Source of the DNA: an uncultured Phycisphaerales bacterium
GTDB lineage: Bacteria > Planctomycetota > Phycisphaerae > Sedimentisphaerales > Anaerobacaceae
Direction: 5' to 3'
Assembly (NCBI GenBank): GCA_963718665.1
Contig: OY970359.1
Location: 320,001-384,000, forward strand
Length of the DNA stretch: 64,000 nucleotides
Shown here: positions 18,096-26,686 of the stretch, one piece after another
Position numbering within the stretch: position 1 is the stretch's first letter
How the letters are laid out: every line of letters begins with the position of its first letter
The notes under the pieces: model-generated
The model's database searches: none
What the model saw: the letters and a program-made list of their open reading frames with translations, nothing else
What the model was told of the DNA's origin: nothing
Translations under genes and position numbers: made by a program

Positions 18096-18947
18096 ATGGC
18101 TCGTCTGCTGCAAATCTTGTTTGTCTGCTCGGTTGTAATGTTGGCCGCCGGCTGCGACAACGCTCAGAAAAAACCGAATACCGAAGGTATTAAAATAGGC
18201 GACATTGCGCCGACCGGCAAGCGTGCTCAGCCACAGCACCTGCGAACGACCAATATCGAAATCATAAGTTATGAGCTGCCTGCGGATAACATCACATCAA
18301 TGGAAGGCGTCTGGCAGATGCTGAAGCCGGGGACACTGCGATACAATGACCTTGACGGTTTTGCAGCAAACGGGTTGCGAGCTGCTATGGGCAATTTCGC
18401 CGCGTTTAATAAAGTTACCAAGATATTAAAAAACGCAAACGCGAATAATCTGCCCAAGAATTCGCTGTTATTGTCGGACAACCAGCCGGAAATGATCAAT
18501 ATAACCAGAATATCGCACAAGACCATCTCTTTCATAGGTCGGCAGGGCGTCGTCAAAAACGCAGATGTCGGGCCTGGAATTGTCGGGTTACAGGTGCTCT
18601 CGAGACAAATCATCAGCGATTCAGCTTTACCCGGGACAAACAAGCCGCCTGAATCCAACGTTGAGGTACAGGCGAACAGGCCGCAATTAGCGAACATCCA
18701 GATAACGCCTGTAATTTTTTCCTCGACCGAAGGCGCTGCGCCTGCGCTGGCGGAACGAATCAGGGAAAACGACTTACGGATTTACTCAGCGGGATTTTCC
18801 GCGATGATGAAGCCGGGCGATTTTGTCCTGCTAAGCCCGCGAGAATACAATCCCGATGAAACCACGGCGTCGGGCCGATTCTTTACCCAAAGCGGGCCTA
18901 AGCCGATTATCACGGTTTATTTGCTGGTCTGTGTATCAATTTTTTAG
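18096..18947 (+). CDS. Hypothetical lipoprotein
   Basis: Lipobox LAAGC after a hydrophobic signal peptide. Confidence 0.75.
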   Translation: MARLLQILFVCSVVMLAAGCDNAQKKPNTEGIKIGDIAPTGKRAQPQHLRTTNIEIISYELPADNITSMEGVWQMLKPGTLRYNDLDGFAANGLRAAMGNFAAFNKVTKILKNANANNLPKNSLLLSDNQPEMINITRISHKTISFIGRQGVVKNADVGPGIVGLQVLSRQIISDSALPGTNKPPESNVEVQANRPQLANIQITPVIFSSTEGAAPALAERIRENDLRIYSAGFSAMMKPGDFVLLSPREYNPDETTASGRFFTQSGPKPIITVYLLVCVSIF

Positions 18948-18949
18948 TC

Positions 18950-19888
18950 ATGCCGATAAAACCGATAGTAGCGCTGACACACTGCACCGAATACAGAGAA
19001 CCTGTCGTTGCCGAGGCAATCGCCAGACAATTCGAGCTGTTGGGCGGAATCGAACAATTTATCAAAAAGGGTGACAGCGTCCTGCTGAAGCCCAACCTCA
19101 TCGCTCCGAAACCACGCCGCTGCGCCACGCAAACCGACCCCGCGGTCATAATAGAAACCGCCAGGATACTTAAGGATTTTGGCGCAAGGCCATTTGTCGG
19201 CGATTCGCCGGCGTGGGGAGACGTTTTTAAATGCGTCAGCATGCTGGAACTCGAAGAGCCGCTGAAGAAACTGGGTGTACCCGTCAGGCAGTTAGATAAG
19301 CCGGTGAAGCGTAAGATAGCCGGCGTCGATGTCGGTATAAGCTCGGCTGCCCTTGATGCCGATAAAATTATCAACCTGCCGAAATTCAAGGCACATCAGC
19401 AGCTTGTGGCAACGTTCGCAGTAAAGAATATGTTCGGCTGTGTAAGCGGCAAGTGGAAGGCGTACTGGCATTTCGCAAAAGGCGGCAATGAAAAGAAATT
19501 CTGCAAGCTGCTCATCGAAATATACAAACTACTAAGCCCCGCCCTGACCATTATCGACGGCGTAATCGCGATGGACGGCCCGGGGCCAATCAGCGGCAGA
19601 CCAAGGGCTTTGGGCTGGCTAATCGGAGGAACAGAGCCGATTGCCTGTGAAATAGTATGCAGCAAACTGATAAATTTATCGCCGGAATCACTGCCCATCA
19701 TCAAAACCGCCAAACAAATCGGTCTCGGTTGTGCTAATTTTGACGATATAACAATCGTTGGGGACCCATTTCCACAAACCGTCTGCACCGACTTTGCATT
19801 AGCCAAGCCGATTCCAATCAGGTTTTCATTGCTTCACGTTTGCAAAAGCATCTGCAAGCAAATCCTTCTGCTCGCCCGTCCACGTTGA
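18950..19888 (+). CDS. DUF362-family protein
   Basis: VLLKPNL, TDPAVI, IINLPKFKAH, AVKNMFG and IIDGVIAMDG.GP. Confidence 0.88.
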   Translation: MPIKPIVALTHCTEYREPVVAEAIARQFELLGGIEQFIKKGDSVLLKPNLIAPKPRRCATQTDPAVIIETARILKDFGARPFVGDSPAWGDVFKCVSMLELEEPLKKLGVPVRQLDKPVKRKIAGVDVGISSAALDADKIINLPKFKAHQQLVATFAVKNMFGCVSGKWKAYWHFAKGGNEKKFCKLLIEIYKLLSPALTIIDGVIAMDGPGPISGRPRALGWLIGGTEPIACEIVCSKLINLSPESLPIIKTAKQIGLGCANFDDITIVGDPFPQTVCTDFALAKPIPIRFSLLHVCKSICKQILLLARPR

Positions 19889-19920
19889 CAGTCCCCTGCC
19901 GTTGGGCTAATATCCGGATT

Positions 19921-20958
19921 ATGCCTGAAAAAACGATTAACATATTAGGTATTGAGACGAGCTGTGATGAAACAGCCGCGGCGGTTGTCGCAGACGGCAA
20001 AACCGTCAAGTCATCGATTGTAACCTCGCAGGCCAAACTGCACGAGAAATACGGCGGAGTCGTTCCCGAAATCGCCTCACGCGCCCATATTGAAAATATC
20101 TACCCCGTGATAACCGAGGCACTCAAAACAGCCAATGTTAGCAAAGATGATATCGCCGCAATCGCGGTCGCAAACCAGCCGGGTCTGGCTGTCGCGCTGG
20201 TCGTGGGCGTAACGGCGGCAAAGACACTGAGCATGGCCTGGAATAAACCATTGATAGCGGTCAATCATCTTCACGCGCATCTGCAATCAGCAATGATAGC
20301 GGAGCAGGATTTGCAGTTGCCGGCAATTGCGCTGATTGTTTCCGGCGGGCATACCTGTCTTTACGAATGCGAATCACCTCTCGAATTGAAATTGATTGGC
20401 CGATGTATCGATGACGCGGCGGGCGAGGCGTTTGACAAGGTCGCCACGATTTTGAAGCTGCCCTACCCGGGCGGCCCATCGATTGAAAAGGCGGCCAAAA
20501 CGGGCAACCCGCACGCGATAGATTTTCCGCGTTCAATGCTGGGGGCGGATTCGCTTGATTTTTCGTTCAGCGGCCTGAAGACGGCGGTGCTTTATCACTG
20601 CCGGGGACAGGAAATGAAGGGACAATCCAAAGTCGATTCGATGAGCAAACAGGAAATAGCCGATATCGCAGCGTCGTTTCAATCGGCGGTAGTTGACGTG
20701 CTGATAGAAAAAACCCAAAGAGCAATCGACAATGTAAGGGCAAAGACCGTTTTATTGGGCGGGGGCGTCGCGGCAAACAGCTCGCTGCGGGCCGTTCTTG
20801 TGAAGATGTGCGAATCATATACGCCGGCGAAAAAGCTGCTGGTAGCCCCGAAAGCATATTGCACCGACAACGCCGTTATGGTAGCTTCGCTTGCGTATCA
20901 TAAATATAAAGCGGGTCTGTTCGCGGACCTGACGCTTGAACCAAAAGCAAACGGTTAA
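19921..20958 (+). CDS. tsaD: tRNA N6-adenosine threonylcarbamoyltransferase
   Basis: ILGIETSCDET, GGVVPEIASRAH, NHLHAH, VSGGHT, DDAAGEAFDK and CTDNAVM. Confidence 0.97.
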   Translation: MPEKTINILGIETSCDETAAAVVADGKTVKSSIVTSQAKLHEKYGGVVPEIASRAHIENIYPVITEALKTANVSKDDIAAIAVANQPGLAVALVVGVTAAKTLSMAWNKPLIAVNHLHAHLQSAMIAEQDLQLPAIALIVSGGHTCLYECESPLELKLIGRCIDDAAGEAFDKVATILKLPYPGGPSIEKAAKTGNPHAIDFPRSMLGADSLDFSFSGLKTAVLYHCRGQEMKGQSKVDSMSKQEIADIAASFQSAVVDVLIEKTQRAIDNVRAKTVLLGGGVAANSSLRAVLVKMCESYTPAKKLLVAPKAYCTDNAVMVASLAYHKYKAGLFADLTLEPKANG

Positions 20959-20969
20959 GGAGTAATCAT

Positions 20970-21737
20970 ATTCAGCCGGAACAGTTAAAAAAGTTGCTAC
21001 AGCAGGTCAAAAACAGCGATGTAACCATCGATGAAGCGGTCGAGAAGCTGCGTCATTTACCTTACGAAGACCTCGGTTTTGCACGCGTTGACCACCACCG
21101 TCATATCCGCCAGGGGTTTCCTGAGGTGATTTACTGCCCCGGCAAGACAAACGAACAGATAATCAAAATTTTCACTGCGCTTGCGGCAAAAGGCAATAAC
21201 GTCTTGGCCACAAGGGCAGGGGAAGATGTCTTTGAGGCAATCGTGAAAACGGGAGAATTCCCTCTCGCCCGATATGAAAAAGCAGCCAGAGCAATAGTTC
21301 TCGAACAAAAAAAGCTTACGCCATCGAAATCGGTCCTGCCGATAGTAACCGCGGGCACGGCTGATTTGCCCGTCGCTTCCGAGGCCAAAGTTACCGCGGA
21401 GATTATGGGCCAGCAAACAGAACTGGTCTGCGACGTGGGCGTCGCGGGCCTGCACCGATTGCTTGCTCACGTGCCAAAATTGCAGCAAGCCAACGTTATA
21501 ATCGTAGTTGCGGGAATGGAAGGCGCGCTTGCCAGCGTTGTGGGCGGACTTGTGAGCTGCCCGGTAATAGCAGTGCCAACAAGCGTTGGTTACGGCGCGA
21601 GTTTCGAGGGGCTATCCGCTCTTTTGACGATGCTCAATAGTTGCTCTTCAGGCGTTACGGTTGTGAATATCGACAACGGTTTTTCCGCGGCTGTTACCGC
21701 CACACTAATAAACAAAAAAATTGACGCAGGAAAGTAG
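20970..21737 (+). CDS. larB: Nickel-pincer cofactor biosynthesis protein LarB (PurE-like)
   Basis: DLGFARVDHHR..RQGFPEVIY, AGTADLPVA, DVGVAGLHRL, AGMEGAL and VVNIDNGF. The start is either ATT 20970 (SD AAGGAG) or TTG 20994. Confidence 0.9.
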   Translation: MQPEQLKKLLQQVKNSDVTIDEAVEKLRHLPYEDLGFARVDHHRHIRQGFPEVIYCPGKTNEQIIKIFTALAAKGNNVLATRAGEDVFEAIVKTGEFPLARYEKAARAIVLEQKKLTPSKSVLPIVTAGTADLPVASEAKVTAEIMGQQTELVCDVGVAGLHRLLAHVPKLQQANVIIVVAGMEGALASVVGGLVSCPVIAVPTSVGYGASFEGLSALLTMLNSCSSGVTVVNIDNGFSAAVTATLINKKIDAGK

Positions 21738-21805
21738 GAATAGGTGGGATATTATCCCCGCCTCACATTTTCAGCAAAGCCGCTAACGACCACTGTACCG
21801 GCTAT

Positions 21806-22300
21806 TTAATACTCTCTTTTATAACTCTTTATAACTTCTCTGACAAATCTCTCCCAATCACCCTTTGTGTCTAAGAAAAAAGCCCGCTTTTTTCCAAATG
21901 TTGATTCAGTTGATAAGTGATAAGGCTTGTAGCTTTCACTCCTTGTCAAATAACAATATACCCAACCTCTTCCTTCGACTTTAACTCGATAACGACGGTA
22001 TTTCTCTGCGTCATCGCCAAAAGAACCTAACGCTTTTATTTCAATGGCCACATTGCCTACCAATAAGTCAACTTTAGCTCTTCCATAAAGAGGAACCTGC
22101 TCTTTTACAAGTGTCGACAACCCCAGTACCATTAATTCTTGGCACAAACAATAGCGAATTGTTTGTTCGTAAACCCACCCATTCAGTCCTGTAACATTTG
22201 GTTTCCTGCCCTCAGCAGCAGGTAAAGAAGCAAGCAGTTGACGCGCTTTATCTAAATTCTCCTGATAAAGCTTTTCTACTGTATTCTCATCGTATTTCAT
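21806..22300 (-). CDS. Hypothetical PD-(D/E)xK nuclease-like protein
   Basis: G.VYE...KVDLLVGNVAIEIK is a nuclease-like pattern. The gene is AT-rich and oriented opposite to its neighbours. Confidence 0.6.
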   Translation of the reverse strand: MKYDENTVEKLYQENLDKARQLLASLPAAEGRKPNVTGLNGWVYEQTIRYCLCQELMVLGLSTLVKEQVPLYGRAKVDLLVGNVAIEIKALGSFGDDAEKYRRYRVKVEGRGWVYCYLTRSESYKPYHLSTESTFGKKRAFFLDTKGDWERFVREVIKSYKREY

Positions 22301-22461
22301 CTTTTTGATCTCTGACTATTCTGCTCCACTTGTACCATCTGTTCTTGGTTTCACATAAGTTCTCCATTTATTCCTGATTATAAATCCTCCGACCTGCTTA
22401 TCAAATCTTTTATTGACCGTATCCAGCGTAATTTATACCATACAGCAAGAAATGAGGTTAT

Positions 22462-23319
22462 ATGCAGATAATAAAAAACATCCCGAAACTAAAACCAAGA
22501 GCAAGTGACTCTCATAAGGGCGATTTCGGCAAGGTTTGCATTATCGCGGGCAGCATCGGTATGAGCGGTGCGGCTGCTCTTGCAGGAAGGGCCGCGTTGC
22601 GGGCAGGCGCGGGATTAGTGCGAGTAGCAACACCTAAAAGCATCCTACCAATTGTCGCGTCAATCGAGCCATCCTTCACAACCATCCCCCTGCCCGAAGA
22701 CAACGCGGGCAGAATCGCTGCAAGTGCCGTTAATACAATCCTTAATCTGATTTCTGATAATGACTGCATCGCCTTCGGGCCGGGGCTTGGCATTACGCAA
22801 GGCGTATGTGCGATACTTGAACGGCTGCTGGAGCAAAAGGGGCTGCGATTGATTATTGATGCCGACGGGCTGAATAACCTGAGTAAAATAAACGATTGGC
22901 CGAGTCAAAACAAAGCAGACATTATTTTGACGCCTCACCCGGGTGAAATGAACCGGCTCTGGACGGGACTTTTCAGAACCCCCCTGCCCGCTGACAGAAA
23001 AATCCAAGCAATACAAATGGCAAACAAAACAGGGACGACCGTCGTATTAAAAGGGAAAGGCACGGTAGTTACTGACGGCGAAAAACTATATGTGAATAAA
23101 ACAGGCAATCCCGGTATGGCTACGGGTGGGACAGGCGATGTCCTGACGGGCATAATAACCGCGCTGGTTGGCCAGGGGTTGAGTAATTTTGACGCGGCGG
23201 TGCTTGGCGTTTACGTTCACGGGCTGGCAGGAGACATCGCGGCAAAGAAATTTGGGCAAATAAGTTTAATCGCCACGGATGTTGTTGAGTCGCTTGGTGA
23301 GGCGTTTAAGAAAATATAA
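22462..23319 (+). CDS. nnrD: ADP-dependent NAD(P)HX dehydratase (stand-alone)
   Basis: HKGDFG, AGS.GMSGAA, FGPGLG, IDADGL, LTPHPGE and GNPGMATGGTGDVL. Confidence 0.93.
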   Translation: MQIIKNIPKLKPRASDSHKGDFGKVCIIAGSIGMSGAAALAGRAALRAGAGLVRVATPKSILPIVASIEPSFTTIPLPEDNAGRIAASAVNTILNLISDNDCIAFGPGLGITQGVCAILERLLEQKGLRLIIDADGLNNLSKINDWPSQNKADIILTPHPGEMNRLWTGLFRTPLPADRKIQAIQMANKTGTTVVLKGKGTVVTDGEKLYVNKTGNPGMATGGTGDVLTGIITALVGQGLSNFDAAVLGVYVHGLAGDIAAKKFGQISLIATDVVESLGEAFKKI

Positions 23320-23345
23320 AATCACATAATACTGCGAGATTTAAA

Positions 23346-23702
23346 ATGGACAAAACAAGAGAATTTTTTGCGAAGTTCAAAACGGATATGGATAAAATGA
23401 AGGCCGAGATTCCTGATACATTGCAGGGCTTCGGCGGACTATTTCAAAAAGTGATGAAAGACGGCGCATTGACCGTAAAGGAAAAGGAATTAATCGCCCT
23501 GGGTATAGGCGTAGCTTCACACTGCCCACCCTGTATCCGTTCCCACGTACAAAAATGTCTGGAAGCCGGGGCAACCAGACAGCAGATTCTCGAAGCGGCA
23601 TCGGTATCGGTTGTAATGGCAGGCGGCCCTGCTTATGTTCACATACCAATGGTTCTTGATACGCTCGACGATTTGCAAAATACAGGTTCCGATAAGAAAT
23701 AG
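23346..23702 (+). CDS. Carboxymuconolactone decarboxylase/AhpD-like protein
   Basis: GALTVKEKELIALG, CPPCIRSH and MAGGPA. Confidence 0.9.
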   Translation: MDKTREFFAKFKTDMDKMKAEIPDTLQGFGGLFQKVMKDGALTVKEKELIALGIGVASHCPPCIRSHVQKCLEAGATRQQILEAASVSVVMAGGPAYVHIPMVLDTLDDLQNTGSDKK

Positions 23703-23851
23703 GGTTTCAGCCACACAAACCTTCGTTATCTGAGCATAGAGCAAATAACCCGCATATCGTCTATTTGCCGGGCCGATTTTTTCTGGCAATTTTCACTTGT
23801 CGCTGGTAGATTATCATCGCTTAGATAGCTACACACTTTAAGTCGGAAAAA

Positions 23852-24598
23852 ATGGATAATAACCAGACAAATTCGCGTTCAAAGCCGGATAAAGAAATGA
23901 CCGGAGGCGGTACGGCCGTGCAGAAAGCCGAGTCGTCTTCGCATTTCAAGCGGAATCTTGTCCCCCTCCATGAGTACGCCGCGAGGCAGGGAATCTCAAG
24001 CGACATAGTCGAACAGCAGGGTCAGCTCGGCGTCATCCAGATAAGAAAATTCAAGGGGCAAAAATTCGTCGTGGATGTTTCCCCTGAGCAGCTGAGCGAA
24101 TTTGAAAATGAGAACACTGCAGAAACCACCCGCAAAGCCGTTGTGCCTCGCGCAACAACCTCCTCCAAAATTTTCACCGTAGTCCTGGCCGCTGTTACTA
24201 TGGTCATTATAGTCGGCCTCTTTTGGCTTTATATGGACGCCAAAACGAAATTGGACGACCTTACCGCCGAATACAAAAGCATCCAGAACAGATACAACGA
24301 AATGACCCGCACAAACCAAAGCTTAAAAGCGATGCAGGAACAGCTTGTAAGCGCAAAAGCGGAATTTGCCAGCATTCAGAATCGAATTGCCGCGTCGAAA
24401 ACCGATATGGAAAAAATTCAGGGCGACCTGAACAAAACGAAACAAAACCTCGACACTATTCAGTCGGAACTGACAACCGCCAACGAACAGATGTTGCCAT
24501 CCAAAGTCGAAATAAAAAACATCCAAAAAGGCTTGAACGAAATCAAAAACCAGCTGGATACGCTCTATCGGCAAAATACCGAGGCGGGGGTAAGGTAG
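23852..24598 (+). CDS. Single-TM protein with a long C-terminal coiled coil and a possible N-terminal winged HTH
   Basis: One TM (IFTVVLAAVTMVIIVGLFWLY) followed by heptad repeats. Confidence 0.75.
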   Translation: MDNNQTNSRSKPDKEMTGGGTAVQKAESSSHFKRNLVPLHEYAARQGISSDIVEQQGQLGVIQIRKFKGQKFVVDVSPEQLSEFENENTAETTRKAVVPRATTSSKIFTVVLAAVTMVIIVGLFWLYMDAKTKLDDLTAEYKSIQNRYNEMTRTNQSLKAMQEQLVSAKAEFASIQNRIAASKTDMEKIQGDLNKTKQNLDTIQSELTTANEQMLPSKVEIKNIQKGLNEIKNQLDTLYRQNTEAGVR

Positions 24599-24620
24599 CC
24601 GCTTTGTGGTTTCCCTCTTG

Positions 24621-25211
24621 TTATTGCATACCTTTTATTTTCAGGCAATTCAGCAGTTTCCAGCCGGCCGGCAAAACAGCCGCGGCAAGAACCACCTTGA
24701 GAATATCCCCAACGATAAAAGGATAAAGGCCGACCGCTAACGCAATCCTGATATTGGTCATAATCGCAAGCCAGCACACGCCAAACGTATATAACACGAT
24801 TTCACCAGCGAGCATAGCGGCTATGGTCGTGCTGACTCGCCTGTCCCAGCCCATTTCGGCTAATTTGCCGACGACATACGCCACTGCAACAAAGCCGACA
24901 AGATAACCGCCCGTCGGACCTATCAAAGTCGCCGGCCCCATTCCGCCGGCAAAGACAGGCAGCCCCAAAATCCCTTCCACAAGATACGCAATAATCGTCA
25001 GAACACCCCGCTTAGAGCCGAGCAGCGCCGCCAGCATCAAAACGGCAAATGTTTGACCGGTAATCGGAACCGGACTAATCGGAAGATACACTTTTATCTG
25101 CGAGCTAAGGCCAAGTATCAATGAGCCGCAAATGATAACCATCGCGTCATACAAAACCGCCGAAATCTTTTCATCGGGCCGAAAAACATCAACAACCGTG
25201 TTTTTAATCAT
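24621..25211 (-). CDS. bioY: Biotin transporter BioY
   Basis: PVPITGQT, GLPVFAGG, GPTGGYLVGF and PFIVGDILK. Confidence 0.95.
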   Translation of the reverse strand: MIKNTVVDVFRPDEKISAVLYDAMVIICGSLILGLSSQIKVYLPISPVPITGQTFAVLMLAALLGSKRGVLTIIAYLVEGILGLPVFAGGMGPATLIGPTGGYLVGFVAVAYVVGKLAEMGWDRRVSTTIAAMLAGEIVLYTFGVCWLAIMTNIRIALAVGLYPFIVGDILKVVLAAAVLPAGWKLLNCLKIKGMQ

Positions 25212-25379
25212 AACTCAATGCGCCTTCCAAACGTAAATTACTATGTGTTAGCGTTAACGCCACTGGGATTATAACTGATGAAACCAGCCGCGTCAAACAC
25301 CGCGGTTTGGGCTTGATTCAGGACTACGAAAATATATAATGTTATAGCAGTGCCGTTCAAACACAGGTGAGGTTCAACA

Positions 25380-25775
25380 ATGAGAAAAACAGCTATAATT
25401 CTATACCTGCTGATAATCGCCGGCTGCAAAACACCGGACAATCCCCGGCCCGTTTCCCGATTCGATATCGCCATTGAAAACCTGAGCATAACAAGCCAGA
25501 AGCTGGAAGACCTGCGAATGGAAAAGGACATTTTCGTTAGATTGCTGGATGACTTTGAAAAGCAAAAAGCAGAACGCATTGGCATATTAGACGCCAACGA
25601 AATTGATAAGCAGACCAAGGTCTTCGCCGAATGGCACAGAGATATTGCCCAGCGGGAAAAAGACCTGACTATCGAAGACACGATGAACGTCCTCGCCGCT
25701 CACAGAGAGATTTTAAAACGCAGAGCCGCCGAACGAAATGAAATCACACTTGCCAGCCCGGCCGGAAAACCATGA
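25380..25775 (+). CDS. Hypothetical lipoprotein
   Basis: Lipobox IAGC followed by a charged helical body. Confidence 0.7.
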   Translation: MRKTAIILYLLIIAGCKTPDNPRPVSRFDIAIENLSITSQKLEDLRMEKDIFVRLLDDFEKQKAERIGILDANEIDKQTKVFAEWHRDIAQREKDLTIEDTMNVLAAHREILKRRAAERNEITLASPAGKP

Positions 25776-25807
25776 GCAGCCCGCCGAGAAGCGAGCGGGA
25801 TGAATAC

Positions 25808-25880
25808 TGGGCGGTACAGGACTTGAACCTGTGACATCCTGCGTGTAAGGCAGCGCTCTGGCCAACTGAGCTAACCGCCC
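25808..25880 (-). tRNA. tRNA-Val(TAC), one base short in the anticodon stem
   Basis: GGGCGGTTAGCTCAGTTGGCCAGAGCGCTGCCTTACACGCAGGATGTCACAGGTTCAAGTCCTGTACCGCCCA. Confidence 0.88.
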
Positions 25881-25982
25881 GATTCAATTCGGGTCAGGAT
25901 ACCCTTCCCGAACGCTTGCGTCAATATCCTTGATGGTTTATACTCGTATCTGATATTGAAAACAATTATTCGGAGACGCATT

Positions 25983-26495
25983 ATGACGGTGTTTGAGGTA
26001 ATTAAAAAGAGATACTCGTGCAGAGCTTATATTGATAAGCCGGTGGAACAGGACAAGCTCGACCGGATTTTTGAGGCGGCCAGAGAGGCGCCGTCGGCCA
26101 AAAACCTGCAGGACTGGCGATTTGTTGTCGTAACCGACAAAAAAATAAAACAGCAGGTTGCCGGCTGCACGAATCATCAGGATACGTTTGGACAGGCCGG
26201 CGCGATTATCGCGGCTTGTAGCGTCTGCAAAGATACGATGAAATGCGGCCAGCAGATTGCACCGATTGACGTATCAATCGCGCTGGAGCATATCGCCCTT
26301 ATGGCGACGGAACTGGACCTGGCGACCTGCTGGATCGGCTCATTTGACGCCGAAAAGGTCAAACAGATTCTGGCAATTCCAAAAGATGTTGCTATAATTG
26401 AACTGATGGCGCTTGGCTATCCCGAGAAGGGTCACAGGCAAACGACACGGGAACCAGTTAAAAATATAGTTTGCTATGACAAGTGGCAGTTTTAG
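25983..26495 (+). CDS. Nitroreductase-family protein
   Basis: KRYSCRAY, APSAKNLQDWRF and LATCWIGSF. Confidence 0.92.
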   Translation: MTVFEVIKKRYSCRAYIDKPVEQDKLDRIFEAAREAPSAKNLQDWRFVVVTDKKIKQQVAGCTNHQDTFGQAGAIIAACSVCKDTMKCGQQIAPIDVSIALEHIALMATELDLATCWIGSFDAEKVKQILAIPKDVAIIELMALGYPEKGHRQTTREPVKNIVCYDKWQF

Positions 26496-26506
26496 TGAGC
26501 AGTAAT

Positions 26507-26577
26507 GGGGACGTGGTGCAACGGGAGCACACCGCGGTCGCATCGCGGGAATGAGGGTTCGATTCCCTTCGTCTCCA
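26507..26577 (+). tRNA. tRNA-Ala(CGC)
   Basis: Cloverleaf with the G3:U70 alanine determinant, anticodon loop GT-CGC-AT and T-loop TTCGATT. Confidence 0.92.
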
Positions 26578-26686
26578 TTTTTTTATTTTCTTCGGCAAGC
26601 CCTCGATATCACAAAACCTCACGTTAAGAAATGAGCGACGGTATGGCAACTTGCGGCGTATGCTCAGGTCGTGCTATACTGACGGT

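Noticed and set aside
21775..21805. Integron attC site after the nuclease-like gene
   Set aside because: Only a partial GTTAGCG box is present, with no matching inverse core, no stem and no integrase.
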